Below are positions 11,922 to 25,786 of a stretch of 64,000 nucleotides of DNA, one piece after another. Numbering within the stretch: the first letter of the stretch is position 1; each line of letters opens with the position of its first letter. Under the pieces are notes generated by a model. It saw only the letters and a list, made by a program, of their open reading frames with translations, searched no databases and was not told the origin of the DNA. The translations under genes and the position numbers were made by a program. This DNA is from Massalongia carnosa (Eukaryota), in contig OZ287081.1 of assembly GCA_965645245.1 (NCBI GenBank), positions 1,736,001-1,800,000 on the forward strand, written 5' to 3'.

Positions 11922-12803
11922 CTACATCCATATCCACTGGTCGCAGAAATATCCATCAAGGTATGTATTTTCCTACTCCAAAGGTTAGATTGCCATTTCA
12001 AACGGAGAATTCCTCGAAGAGGAAGGGTAGGCCATTTCCAATGATTCGGCTCTTGCCAAGTCATAGAGTTGCAGAAGGTGAAAGTAAATGATACTCAATA
12101 GCCCCCAGTGGTTGGGGAAACGTACCATGCTCTAAATAACATCCTGTCAGCGCTGGCATACTCCGGAGGGAAATAATCCTAAAGAGCTTAACATACTGGT
12201 CTAAGGAATGCACAACAATATATCCAAACACTATAATTTTCATCATACATTCTACACCTGGAACTATATGGGTCGTCTGCGCGCACGTCGCAATGAGACA
12301 CGAACGGTTAAGTTTTGCAGCAGAAGGAGCATACATGGGATACAGCCTCTTGCCAGCGTTCCAGTCAGCCCGCCCCAGCAGCAGTACGGGCGTCTAAGAA
12401 ATCCGCATTTTGGTTTGAGGTCGCATTTTTCACCTTGTGGGACAATATCTTCGTAGAGGGATCGCTGTCGGCGCGTCTTTCTCGTTTGTGGGTTGGCGCA
12501 TGTAGTCGTTAAAGTCATGTGTGGAGGTTTTTTGCTCGAGTCGGGTATCACGTCCGTCGCAAGCTCGTCTGGTTGGGCTTGGGTTTGCATGTCAACATTG
12601 GCCTGCAAGTCCGAGTATGGGGGCAGCGGCGCGCTCTGTGTGCTCTGGGTCGCTGGAGCTTCGCTAGCGAAAGAAAGGATGGAATCATCCGGCATGGGGT
12701 CTTCGAAAACTGGGGCATTTTGTCGGAGAGGGTTGGCCACTACTGCCACAGCAAAAGCTGCGAAGAGTAGGGAAAGAAATGAAAAAAGGGTTCGAAGCCG
12801 CAT
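11922..12803 (-). CDS. Secreted Cys-rich protein with C-terminal hydrophobin-like C-CC-C-C-CC-C pattern
   Basis: Signal peptide MRLRTLFSFLSLLFAAFAVAVVA. Exons 12803-12335, 12276-12197, possible 6-nt exon 12131-12126, and 11972-11922 (ENTYLDGYFCDQWIWM*); canonical GT..AG introns with branch motifs. Confidence 0.7.
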
Positions 12804-13932
12804 TGAATGTCTATTCTGAGGTGAATTGGTCACTTGGTGCATGATACGAATATTTCGAAAGGATAGCTCTTCTATTTATTGCCTGACAATAATCTCCGGC
12901 TCACGCGGGTGAAACAACAGATAGCGCACGAACGAGATCCTTTACTTCATAATTGCTAGCCCTTGCGATGCACCTGAATTGTTACAGACTGAACATAATC
13001 TCGAAACAGAATGACACAAGAGCGGGTTGTCAGCGGCACATAGCTACCAATTCGCTCCGGAGTGACTTCTCGACAAAGGCTTTTTGACCAACAATGATAC
13101 ACAACGTGAAGACAGTGTTCGCTCTTCATACGGAGCACGAATGTCTACTTGCATCAACATATATCGGACTGACACAAATGGTGACCACAAATGATCAATC
13201 GGGTTTCGATCCCGAATCACCGAACCTGATGCATATATATGCACATACGATCTTGTTTGTTATAGGGTCCATGCAGATTGCTGCACGACAGATCCTTCAC
13301 CCTTTCTCCATCAATTCTTAATCGATCGGTGGAGCTTCACTGGGAGCGAGAACTCACCAATCATCTGAAAATGTCCTCTGCATGTTATCTGCAGTCATTG
13401 CTGCTAACCATGCTACATCAGTTGCAGAACGAAGAAAGGCTTCCGTTAAGTGCTTACCAGTCCAATGAAGTTGATGGTTCAATGTCGGTTTTTACATTGA
13501 CGCAACAACAGTTGTATCAAACATATTCATGATTTTCAATTATAATTCTCTGGTTGTTATGATTGAAACTACTAAAACCATTGTCAAAAACCGAAGAAAA
13601 AACCCCCCTTAACGATTCTTGAACAACAATCAAAGCAAAACGCAATTCAATCGTCTTTCTGAAAGTGGTACTCTGTATGGCTCGATGACTCTGTACACCG
13701 ACAATCTCCTGTGAGTATCTCGATTTTACGGGCCAGGCTCGATCTATCATATTATGCAAAGCTGCAGTAAGGCAGTACTGCAATGCACAGCGATGGGGCT
13801 TGCATGGCAGCTATCTGCGCAACTGTTCCCTTTGAACGATTTAAGTAAAGGCTAGATAGAGCTGATTTCGATTGAAATCTCCTAATTCCTTCGGCATATC
13901 GCAAGACTTTGAGACCGCGTCCGTTTCGAAGC

Positions 13933-15841
13933 ATGGAGGGTTCTGCAGAAAAAGAGTCTGGAGATGTTCGAGTGTCCCGCCTCAGCCGTGACCGTTCGAA
14001 TGCCAATGTCAAGGTCGAAGGGGTGGTAGAGTTTGCAACTCGAGATGATCATGAAATGGCATTAGTGGGAAAGAAGCAACAATTGCGGGTAAGCAGTACT
14101 TCAGTTTGTTGGCTTTATCGATGCTGATAGTATCATAGAGAAATTTTGGGTTCATGAGCATCCTTGGGGTTTCCTGCACGCTGATGGCGACATGGGAAGG
14201 GCTGCTATGGTAGGCCGGGAATTTTGTATCTGATTGTTCGTACCTAAATCTGATGCTTGCTGTAGCGTCTTTGTGTATGGTCTCGGAAATGGTGGACCAG
14301 CTGGGCTGGTCTATGGCTTCCTGTTCTGCTGGTTGGGCTATTTGGCTGTTTGCGGGTCATTGGCTGAACTCGTTTCTATGTGCGTGTTGAGAATCCGGTG
14401 AAAGGGAGTGACTTTAATTCCATCAAAGGGCACCAACAGCTGGTGGGCAATATCATTGGACCTATCTGTTTGCTCCTCCGGGGTGGAGGAATTTTCTCAG
14501 CTACATCACAGGTACATTTCTTATAGCCATTAAAAAGGATATGCTAAGGATTAATAGGATGGCAAACGGTTATCGCATGGCAGGCTAGTTCTGCCAGCAG
14601 CTCTTTCGTGGCTGGTACCATCGTGCAAGGCCTGCTTGTTTTGATTTATCCCAACTACGTCTTCGAACGCTATCACGGGACACTTCTGCTTTATGCTGCG
14701 ATGGCCGTCTCAGTACTTTTCAACACCCTCTTAGCACGCTATCTACCTGTTATTGAAAGCGCAGTGCTCGTCCTCCACATTGTAGGGTTCTTCGCAATCT
14801 TGCTTCCTCTGACTATCATGGCCTCCCGTGGATCCGCCCACGACGTTTTCGCCTTATTTACCAACGCTGGGGGCTTTGACACACAAGGGTTATCACTATT
14901 TGTGGGCCTTATAACTTCTGTTTTCGCTTTCATCGGTGAGTGAGCTAAAATTGGCTGAAGCACAGCCGCTAACCGCGATTTCAGGCGTTGACGGAGCGGT
15001 GCATATGGTTGAGGAGATCAAGGATGCATCCACCGTTGTTCCACAAAGCATGATGATTGGTATTATGGTAAACGGCGTCCTCGGCTTTGCGATGCTTCTT
15101 GCTCTCCTGTTCTGCATCGGCAACGTGGACGACGCGCTGAACACACCGACAAAGTTCCCCTTTATTGAAATATTTGCGCAAGCAACTGGATCTCATGGAG
15201 GCGCAGTAGGCATGACGACGCTGGTGTTATTTCTGATCATATTCGCCACCATTGTTACCGTTACAGCAACTTCAAGGATGACTTGGGCCTTTGCTCGAGA
15301 CAAGGGCTTGCCTGGCTCCGGGATCATTGGTCGCGTACATCACCCGACTGAGTGCCCAGCTTCGTACGCTTCAGGCTAATCCTCAAACCAGGTTGAGCCT
15401 CGCACGAAGCTTCCACTCTATTCCATCGGCCTCAACGCAGCCATCACGATCCTCCTAGGTTTGATCAACATCGGCTCCACCGAAGCCTTCAACGCGCTCG
15501 TCTCCCTTGTGGTTGCCGGAGTCCTCGGCTCCTACATCCCGCCCATTGGGCTCCTCTTTTGGAAACGTCTCCGCGGCGACGACATTCGCTACGGGCCCTG
15601 GCGGCTCGGCAAATTCGGCGTCGTGACCAACGCCTTCGCCCTCGTCTGGACCGTCATCGCTCTGTTCTTTTCCTTCTGGCCCGGCGCCATGAACCCCACC
15701 GCCAAGACGATGAACTGGGCGTGCCTGCTGTACGGCGCCACCATGATCTTTGCAGTGAGCTTCTACGCCGTGTATGGCCGTCACCATTACAACGGCCCCA
15801 TCATCGAGACGAGCGTGATCGAGCATCTTCGAGGGGCGTGA
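13933..15841 (+). CDS. APC-superfamily amino acid/choline/GABA permease (HNM1/UGA4-like), multi-exon
   Basis: Motifs GGPAGLVYG, ELVSM/APTAGGQYHW, DGAVHMVEEI, SRMTWAFARDKGLP, MNWA; many hydrophobic helices; about six short introns. Confidence 0.92.
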
Positions 15842-16930
15842 AGCGAGATCTTACGTCTAGCCTGGAACAAGGAAGGGGGGTTTTTTTTTTTTTTTTTTTT
15901 ACCTCGTCGCTGAGTCAAGTGACTGACTGTGTAGTTTCGAATTTCGCCCCATTGTGATAGCTAGCATTCGAAAAGCCTAAATTTAATCCCCCCCCCCCCC
16001 AAAGGCAAACATATCCACACCCGGCCTGGGAATCTTTTTTTTCCCCAACATTTTTCTTCATCTTCTTCGTCCATTCACTCTAACGGATCAATCATCGACC
16101 ATCTTGGGACCTAGCTACCTAGCTACCTAGCTACCTACTTACTTAGCACCTGAATAATTGCGTTCCCGTCAACCTTCGTTCCCCCCCCTCTATCCCTATC
16201 TCTTTGTTTCCCCAACCACAACTACCCACCCGCATACATCCTGCTATGAATGAGCACTTACTCACTCACTCATTCACAGCCAGCCAGCCATCTCCTCACC
16301 ACTAGCCAACTAGGAGTCACCCCCCCCCCAATATTGCGGCTCGATCCGTTAGGCGTCACGAGCGAGCATGGTCTCGTGCTCTAGCTGTGGTTATTTGGCT
16401 GTCCCCCTCCCCACCAAAAAAAAAAAAAAAAACTCTTATGTCGTCGGATTCAAATGGCTGGAGAGATCCAATGGCTTGGACGAGCAGATGTTTCGCGAGA
16501 ACATGGAGGAGTCAGATAACTATCCCGAGGAAGGACCAAGTGTGTAAGCGACGCAATGGGATTTTATTATTGGAAGGGAAAAAAGAAGATGTTATGTACA
16601 TAATATAATATATATATACTTGTTATAGAAACCGACCACCCTCGTCCCCCGCTCAGAATAAAAATAAGAATAAGAATAATAAGCAAGAAAAAACCCTAAA
16701 CGCTGATGCGGCCCTCTCCATATGTAGCCGTCAAAACTCCTCGCTCGCTGTGAATTCCATTATAATATTTCGGTATCAAAAAGCCAGTTCGGCCCGCTTT
16801 GCGAACTACGTGGGGCAATCGTTATCCAAACGCCAATTTCGCGATGCTCCCTGTTCCCCGCTCAGAAATACATAGGTATGTTGTTTGTCGGTAAAGCTGG
16901 GGCCCCTCGCCGGCGATGGCGTATTGCTCC

Positions 16931-19828
16931 TCAACCAGATGGAAACGAGGAGGCATCCCACGTCGTTCCATCCGCGATGGTGCCTGGATCGCCGGGTGGG
17001 TTGAACTTCTGAGTGTTGGCCGTGCTGCTGGCGCTGTGAGTAGCTGAGGAACCATCAAGGGCGGTGTTGCCGACGTTGGAAGTGACGTCGTTGAAATTGT
17101 AGCCGCCTAGCGAGTCTTCCCCTGCGGATGTGAATAGTTGGCTCTCAAAGTTGCTATTAAAGTTGCTGTTCCCGGTGGAAGTTAAGGTGTTATCTGTCCC
17201 ACTGGACGCAGCAACATGGCCTGCCCCACTGCCACTGCTGCTAAGATCCGCCCCGGACAGGACAGTAGTGAACTGACTAGTGGTTGGACCGCCCGTATCT
17301 GGGAAAGCTTGGTAGTTGCTTTGCGCGCTGTTCGAGTTTGCCTCGCCTGGCGTATTGCCCGCCTGCGAGAAAAGGTCTCCCATGGAGACTATCGAAGAAC
17401 CATCTCCTCCTGAAGTTTTCCCGCTGTTCAAAGTATTTGCAAGAGCCCCTTGAAAGCTCCCTGTAGCAGTGTTGTCAACTGGTTCGCCACCAGCAGTGTT
17501 ACTAGCAGCTGTAGTTCCTGGCTTGTCGACTGCATTATTGTTATTTGGGGAAGTGTTTCCCCTTTGGCCTTGTGCGTCCGCTGGGAGTAGATTCCCGGAA
17601 GAGACCCTAGAGGAAGAAGCGGGTGTCAAGGGGTCTGGACCTCCTGATGTGCTGTCTGCATTACTGGCATCCGACGTAGAACTTGGCTGTAGATTAGAAG
17701 AGCCATCTGGGGTGTCATTCCCATTCGGAAGTGTCGCAACAGCGCCTACAGACACTGGGGAAGCTGTGGGCGAAGACGGCGCTCCGTCTCCATCGGAGGA
17801 TGGATTCTGGGCGATTTGCTCTTCCTCGCCAGGTCCCGGATCTTCCCCAATGTAAATGGTCTTGGCGTCAGAAAGCTTTCCTGGTGCCGGCGAAGGTGTT
17901 GGCGCCGTTGGGATTTTTCCAGGATTGAATCCTGGCTTGAGGTCGATTGGGTTTGTTCCTGGTAATTTCTTCCCTGTTGCAACGCCCTCAACTCCAAGGG
18001 CCACGCATTGCGCTATGAAAGCATACTGTGGTTTATCCTTTTCTAACTTAGCTTTGAGTCTAATCAAATTGACCGAACTCGCAGGGACATACCGTCACGG
18101 GATGACTCCAAACGTTGATATCAACGGTTCCTCCTGAGGCATCGGGTTTACCGACCACAAGGCTGGCATCAATACCGGTTTGAAGAAAAGCTTTGAAGAT
18201 TACCCCATTTGGGTCCTTTTTCGGATTTTTTTTTTTGCAAAGCCCTCCTGGTTCTAAGTAGTTATGTATTAACAAAGTGTTACTTAGAACCTTAGCAAAC
18301 AAAGAGAGTAGCAACTCACGATTTTTCGGCGTTAGCTCAATCTTGAGTTCAGGCAGCGGAAGTCCAAGGCTCGCCTTTAAACCTCCCCATTTCGCTTCAA
18401 ATCCATAATCTGCCGCCACCTGAAGCTTATAAGAGCCTGACATTGGGTTTTCAAGCCCTCGCACAAAGTATCGAGGCTCGTCATAATTGAACTCGTCGAA
18501 GCGGTCGACCTCGTTATTCCCCGCTAAAGCGTCGACGGTTACAGTCGCCGCCCCTGGAAGCGATCCCCCAAATGTTAACAGAACATCGGCTTTCTCTTGG
18601 TGCTCAGCGTGATAGCCGGACTTCAATGAAATGAGCCCACCAATCTCGCCCCAGGGGCCAGAAAGACCAAATCCGGGGATTGGGAAGGAAGGCACAATGT
18701 CTTTATCACCACCCACATCATCCCATGCGTTATTTCCTGATGTGACTATGGATATCGGCGTACTGATTCTGATATTCTGGGTCTGGGCAGATAATGTCAT
18801 CGCATTGATACTTAGTTTGCTGACCTACAGGGCAGGTTATTGATTAAGCTATACGAAGGCATCGAACATGTCCAATAACCTACCTGAACCCGAAAGGTGA
18901 GGACCAAGCTCATTGTGACCATACAGAGAAGACAGCTGACTGCAAGAACACTACAGTCTAGGCGGTTAGAAACTGAAAAGTAAAATAGATTGTATAATTC
19001 GGGCTTACGGGGGGATCTCGAATATATTTAACTTTGGGGGTCCCCGTAAATCCACTCGGATTGGTGCATCTCTATCTGATAAGTCGTATAGTCTGACAGG
19101 GTGATCCGGGTCTTCACAAAAGTATCCTTTGAAAGGGCATTCAAAGCGCGGATAAAAAAGGGAGCGTTTTCTTCGAACGGAACTGCCTCGGGCGGATGGT
19201 GAACCATGTTCAAAATTTCCCACACTCAAATCGAAGGTGTGAAAAATGTCGTACCAATCCACAGGCTGGGAGGTGAGATGGGTGGTCAACTTTTCGGGGT
19301 CTTCTCTAATCTTCGTAATACTAACTTAAAATTAATGGAGTGGCTAAAAATGCTTACAACGCTTGCTCACATATATGCCTGCCTATCATCACCTGCTCCG
19401 CAGCCATGGTGGTTGGCTATTACCACAAACCTATGATCATCCTGCTGGTTGATATAACCCCATGCATCCAAGGCCCATTTGAAAGCATCCTCAGATTGAA
19501 ACGTTAGGGAAATATGTCCGTCATCTCCATTGCAATCGATATTTCTAGTCAAAGGCTCAAATTTTTCGAGTAAAACAATGGGTAGACCATCAGGGGCTTC
19601 AACCGAGATATTCGCAATAGTCGCCACTTTTTCATCATGCCTCCGCCCATACATGAGGTCTACTCGTTGTTGAGGATTTAAATCCCAACGATCCAGATTG
19701 CGACGCTGAATACCCTTCGCAGCTTCATATTGTTCAATGTGGTAAGGAAAGAGTTTTTGGAAAGGAGAGGACGCGGAGACATGAAGCACAAGAATCGTCC
19801 ATAGAAAGGCTAAGATACACAAAGACAT
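16931..19828 (-). CDS. Large secreted/cell-surface protein with beta-rich N-terminal domains and a long Ser/Thr/Gly/Asn-rich tail, multi-exon
   Basis: Signal peptide MSLCILAFLWTILVLHVSA; consecutive minus-strand ORFs 19367-19828, 19005-19289, 18060-18800 and 16931-18067 separated by GT..AG introns. The N-terminal segment (LTFQSEDAFKWALDAW...FVVIANHHGC) recalls fungal DUF7029-type proteins; this is from memory and unverified. Confidence 0.75.
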
Positions 19829-22800
19829 GACGAAGAGAAACAAGGATAAGGTTCGAGGGGAAATGATTATATGAAGAAGACTGCCTGATCGAGGTGGAGA
19901 AAATGACAAATATATCCCATCATTTTGCCAGCACAAAGAGGCTCAAAGGAGTAACAAATAGCTTTATAACTTTCGACGTCAACATTCGAGCTATCGAGCT
20001 TCGCCCATTTAAGCATGCTATTTCTCTTTTATCAAACGTTATTCGCTAAGCATAATCCACGCTTGTCCGGCGGTGGGGACACCGGAGGCTTTCACGCCTC
20101 ATGGCCGGGGCCCAATATGCAGGTACAACTGCCATCCCTTCGTATTACTAGGGCCAGCAATACTGGGAACTGAATGACCAAGTAGCCAAGCTCACTCTGG
20201 CACGTGGTGGCCCAAGGGTCGCTGGCCTCTGGTTGAAACATTTTGAGCCGGTACATCATGCGAAGAATTGACAGGCAAAGCGAATATTACGGCTGCTAGG
20301 TGACGGCCCATGGATGCAGGGTTACAACGTAGAGACCAGTGAGATAACGTTTCATGGGAACTGTGTACGGCTTATCAGCGGCTTTGGATTTAGTAATAGG
20401 TATAGCGTATACTTCATACAGCATAAAAACAAGCGTATTGACGTGGATCTAATATAATGATGCCGGATCAGAATCGGATGGCGGATGGAGATTCTGATCT
20501 GCGGGACTTCCAACGACCCTGATATTCAGCCCGTTTTGCAACGGAAGGTTTGCGACTGCAGTCCCTGCTGCATTAAACATACGAAGATGGCGGCACGGCG
20601 ATCGTGCTTTAGGCTGAGGATAGACCAGCAGTAACCCAAAACAATGGTAGGGGATGTTGCTGTCATTATCTTCTCTGCACTTGGAACGCTATAAGTTTCC
20701 AGTGGAATGACGGCTCGGAGAAAAAACATCCACATGGGAAGTGTTAAAACGAGAGGCGAAAGGGCAGTCCTTAGCCAACCTGCCTGGAAGGTTTAAGACA
20801 TGGAGCTAGTAACTCCCATCCTTCATGCCAGGGTCTGGGCTGATTTATAATGTATAGCTGGATTAAGAGAATGAAGACGAAGACGCAGACGACGAAGAAG
20901 ACGGAACAAGGGTTTTGGATCAGTGATGAGGCGACGAGGTAAATGTGTGGATTATAATAACGTCAAGGTATCAATAAGTATGTCGGTCCTACAGGGGGCT
21001 TTGTTACTAAACACTTCAATACTGTAACTATCAAGATGCACTGAGAATGGTTGTACATACCCTTGTGTGGCGCGAACTTGCTGGCTGCGGCGCAGCTTTT
21101 GATATATTTAACGTCAGCTTACGGAGCTAACTTATAAGGTAGTTAAGCCAGTTCGAGGAAGGTGTGTCGTATTCTCGCTAGCGGTAACATATGGACCTTG
21201 ACCAGTCACGTGCTATAAATTACAGTCCGTACCTGCATTCTGTACGGAGCATTCCTAGCCCACTATTCACTACGCTCATTCCTTATGTAACCTTCAACGG
21301 CACACTCATGGTTGCCCTTTCGCCTTTAACTATAGATTGCTTGACAGGGTATCGGATTGCGGGGCAGGATGAGGTTAGTCGATCGCTTTCTCGGATGTAG
21401 GTGGTCGTGACTCGCAACTTCTTTGCCGCATTTTCATTTGTGAAAAGGACCTACGTGGAATTGAAGTGCATCCCATTGACCCCCAATGGGCTCGCACAGG
21501 GGATGAATACCACCATTCCCCCTTGAAGTCGAAGCATTTGGTCTTAAGGATGGTCAACATTGAACCTGGAGGTACTACAGGCTAAACGTCGAACCATTAC
21601 GATGGAAAGGACACGTTGTTCGGTGCCACTCGTTATGGTGGTCTTGAACTTCTCAAATAGTTGGATTCATGCGTTGCGCTCAGAACAGGTATGACAGGGA
21701 TATTGTATGTACAAAATGCTGCCACCTGTGCTCATTAGACAACCGTTAGCTCAGAGTATTACAATAATAATTGATGATAACCTAAAATAATGGGGAAAAG
21801 GCCATTCTGCGACGTCCTAGAGATACCCGATAACCAGCTATTCAGGAGAAAGTTCCTGTCATGCCGAGGGATTCATATAAAGACTGCTCCAAACACCCTA
21901 AACTGCGAATTAGGTATTTACGAACGGAAACGAAGGTTGCGCTGTCGAGTTAAATAAAGATGTTGGGACCTTTATGTGGCAACCCAACCAATTGGCGAAT
22001 TGCTAAACCACCCCCTGAACTCACGACTGAAGCATGTTAATAGCCCTTCGGGAGCTTCCAAAGTTCTACTCTCTTGTCATGCCTTATTTCCGGACTGGCA
22101 CGTTGCGAGGTTGACTCGGATTCGCTGCTTGGCTCAGCATGATCGGTTTTGCGCAGGTTTAATTGTTTTGGCAGCGCTTCACACTGCTGCTGCTGATAAG
22201 TCTTAGAAGATTCAGCGTGTATTTCTATGATTTGGAATAATGTTATGTCTTATAAGTCGATCTTCCAGGACTTTGAGTTCGATATCATCCCCAGTTCGCG
22301 TCAAGAGTCTCTAACTTATACACAAACCTGAAGCTGTCCTTGCCCAACAGACTAGTATTGATGATAGGCGGTGAGAGATCACGCAAAGCTGATGACTTTT
22401 GTCCTTGGATCGGCATGCAATATTGGCGAAACCTCAGCCGCGATGCTACCTCATGTCGGAGGCCATCTCCTCCGACTAAATTGTTTCTCAAAATCTCTTG
22501 TCAGTATCAATGTCATAATCAATTCATCCATCCTCGGACCGTGAGGTGTTGGACAAAGTAATTTACTCCCCGACAGTAAGAATGACGGTTACGTAGCATT
22601 CAATGTAGTTCCACCAAAACGTTTTACCGCCGAAGTTTTCAAATGCCGAAAGGAGACTTGATGATATCCAGCAGCCCGCGATTCTCGACAGAATGATCTA
22701 TAATTTTACTTATCTTCACCGTCTCGAAATAAAACTCTCCTTCCGCTCACAAGCAAAGTCATAAAGTTATTAGATTAAGGAAAAATTCTGCCAGTGAGTC

Positions 22801-23392
22801 ATTTCCTTTCTTTTAATGCCTTCTCTTCAATACTTAAGTGCATCATCTCTTCAATACTCAAGTGCATCATACGCCGAGCCACATTTTTCAAGCGAAAGGC
22901 AAATGGTCTGCGTTAAGGAGGGGGAAGCTCTCCTCACATAAGTCACCGAAGCTGCAAAATCGTTTTCGGATGGAAAATTCTACGGAAAATGAAACACGTT
23001 GAGAATGGCACTTTATCAGCACCATTAAGGTAGCATTGTGCCGTTCATTGACTCGACATCCTAAACTTGACTCACGAGGTCCAACAACCATCTTTGTAAA
23101 CTACCTCCGTTTAGTTGGTGAACTTGTTAATATTGTCTGTTAACAATCCGAACAAGTCGCACACCACCTGAATTTAAGAGGCAACCAAATACCTATAGAA
23201 CGCTCTGTTAAGCTCTTTGCTATACTGACTACTCGTTTCTGATCGAAAGTTCAATTGTATATGATATTTGCCTTTAGTAGCATCAGGGTTTTGACTACCC
23301 ATTTTAAAACGAATATTCATCTGGGCGTAGTACTTGCCCTTAGGCGCATCAGAAACGTTGCTGATATAATTTTAGTTCCAACTTCCTCCGTC

Positions 23393-23716
23393 ATGGCGTC
23401 AAATGAAGCTTTTACATATCGATTTAGCAAGCCGGAGCCATTTGAGGTTCAGGGTGAAGGAGAGAAAAGGAACAAACCCCCCAAATCCAGATTAAAATCG
23501 AGTAAAATAGCAGCAAAAATAACTCCGACTATTCAGTTGGCAGCAAGATACGTCAGAGAACGCAGCCTACTCCACCCATGGTCGATCGCTGACGCCCAGA
23601 AATGGAGGAATATCCGGGATGATTTATTGCAACTCACCAAAACTTTAGACAAATATAATGGCCACATTGGCAACGCCTGCTCTCAATCATACATACGCGC
23701 ATCGGGGGTCCTCTAA
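23393..23716 (+). CDS. Possible small hypothetical protein (3' structure uncertain)
   Basis: ATG in good context followed by a 107-codon natural-looking ORF; a downstream CTAAT...CAG could be an acceptor. No recognisable domain. Confidence 0.3.
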   Translation: MASNEAFTYRFSKPEPFEVQGEGEKRNKPPKSRLKSSKIAAKITPTIQLAARYVRERSLLHPWSIADAQKWRNIRDDLLQLTKTLDKYNGHIGNACSQSYIRASGVL

Positions 23717-25219
23717 GTGGAAACATGTATTGCTAATCAAGGAAACAGAGAAGAAACTTATGCAGAAAAGAAGCACTAGTGGAGACAATAAAGTTTTAGA
23801 TAGACTCCCGACGCATGCGAAACCACCAGTTTGAGGATCCATTGGCTTGCCTTGATTTAGATTGATATCTTTTTGGGCCAGGTACTAGGTTCAATAAGTA
23901 ACACAGTGGCGTAAGGCAACATTCTCCCGCGCAAGGCATGAAATTTCTCTCAGGTGCTATTTACAGCTCTAAGGAAGACTGCTGCTGTCCAGTTAAAATC
24001 GCCTATTCTGGCTACCGACACTATCGCACGTGGGCCGAACCGAAATTGTGAGCTATTTCGAGAAGTTTGGTCGAGCCTCGTGAATCTGTCGGCACACTAC
24101 ATGCTCATAGAAGCACGTTCGTTATGCCCGTCAGGCGGCCAGTCATATTTCACAGATTGATAACACGTATGATACGAGAAGAGATGAAAAGGCATTGAGC
24201 GAACGTGCGATTTTCTACTAATCATACTATCAGCAACGAGCTCGCTCTATGTATATAAAATACAGAGAATTAAAGCAGGCAGAAGACAAATAGACAGATT
24301 CTAGGAAGACGAGATGGGTTAGGTATAGTATAGGTGTTAAGATACAAATGTAAAGGGGAAAAGGAATGAGGAAGGTGACCTGAACACACTAACTCGTAGA
24401 TAAAGGGTGCTGGGAAGTAGGGTAGTTATGAGCTTTCTTCCCTTGCCTTGCTTGCATGCTTGCTTGGTTTCTCTATCTATCTATCTAGGTTAGGTACTCA
24501 CCTCCCTTTTTTCCGTTCTTCCTTCCCTCCTCACTAAGCTACCCCCTAATTCTTAGATTCTCCTCTTCTATTCTTCATCATCATTTATCAACCTCCTGAA
24601 CAATCTATGTATATTCCCTAACCAATTCGGATTTTTATTCTTTTCCCCACTTGTCTTGTGTTCCTTCACCATACCTATTTCCCAAAACAAGCCTTAACCT
24701 CCTGGCCTCTACTATCCTTGATTTCCCCATATCGCGTTTCTCATTTCTCTTTACTCCCTTGTTGGATCCTTGCTTTTTTTGTTCCTTGGTCTATTCTGGT
24801 TCAAATTTTTTCACTGATTGAGTTTTTTCTCTCTCTTTATGTGAAAAGGGGGAAAGACGGGTAGATGGATAGGTGTTACGAGGATGGATCAGAGAATCTG
24901 GAGCTTTCTTAAGCAGGTATAGAAGTTACTGATTTATCGTATGAGAAGTCTGCCTCAAGTATGGGCAGATCCAGCTTCATTAGATCACGGGTTCCCGGAG
25001 AGTGGGCTTTTACTTGCAAGTGTTTCTTCCTTGTTGGCCGGAATTGAGGAACATGGCCCCGGTTCACTCTTCCTCTAAAAAATCTCCTCCACATCATGGA
25101 ATTGTCTGAGTAGATCGATATACAATGACAGCGCTAAATGTCTACCATGCAATGTTGCAAACCTTTGCAGAATCCGCCATGCCATTTCCAAGACGCAGCT
25201 GAAGTGCTATTATACCTGA

Positions 25220-25786
25220 AAATAGCGAACTAACAGGATCCTAGTCATCCTTAACCAGGCCGCCGAAAGTATCCGCTATTGCTGCTATTGCTGCTGCTAC
25301 TGCTGCTGCTTCTAGGAATCGGACTTGCCTCGCTTCCGGCTCTTGGGCCAAAAACGACTTCTGGGACATGCAATCCGCTGTTCTGTCCGACAGCCAGTTT
25401 TTCCGACGCAGGAAGCCTTTTCGCCCGCGAATCAGCCAAGTCGAGATATGTAACTATGCCTCCCAAGTGCAGCTAGAAGACACCGTGGCAGCGTTCGTTG
25501 GTTCGTCTTTAGTTAATTCCTGCTTGCGTGAAGCGGAGATTTCTTTCAGAATCGTTGGAATAGTGAAGTTTGCGCTTGCAGCGAATCCTCTACCGATTAG
25601 ACTGTAGGTACCGCCCTGTCTGGAATTCAGTCTGCCTTGGTGGCCGATCGCTTCTCGTTTGTATATGCGAGTCCGGGTGTTCACCCCACTTTGATTGATC
25701 TCATTCTCTATTTCGGGAGTGTTGTTTTAAGAGGTATTTTTGATAAATAGCAATGCTATGCATTGGAGAACTGTTGCAAATGCCAT
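25220..25786 (-). pseudogene. Possible decayed secreted-protein gene
   Basis: MAFATVLQCIALLFIKNTS* continues in the same frame past stops into NTRTRIYKRE... and ...FLEAAAVAAIAAIADTF. Confidence 0.3.
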
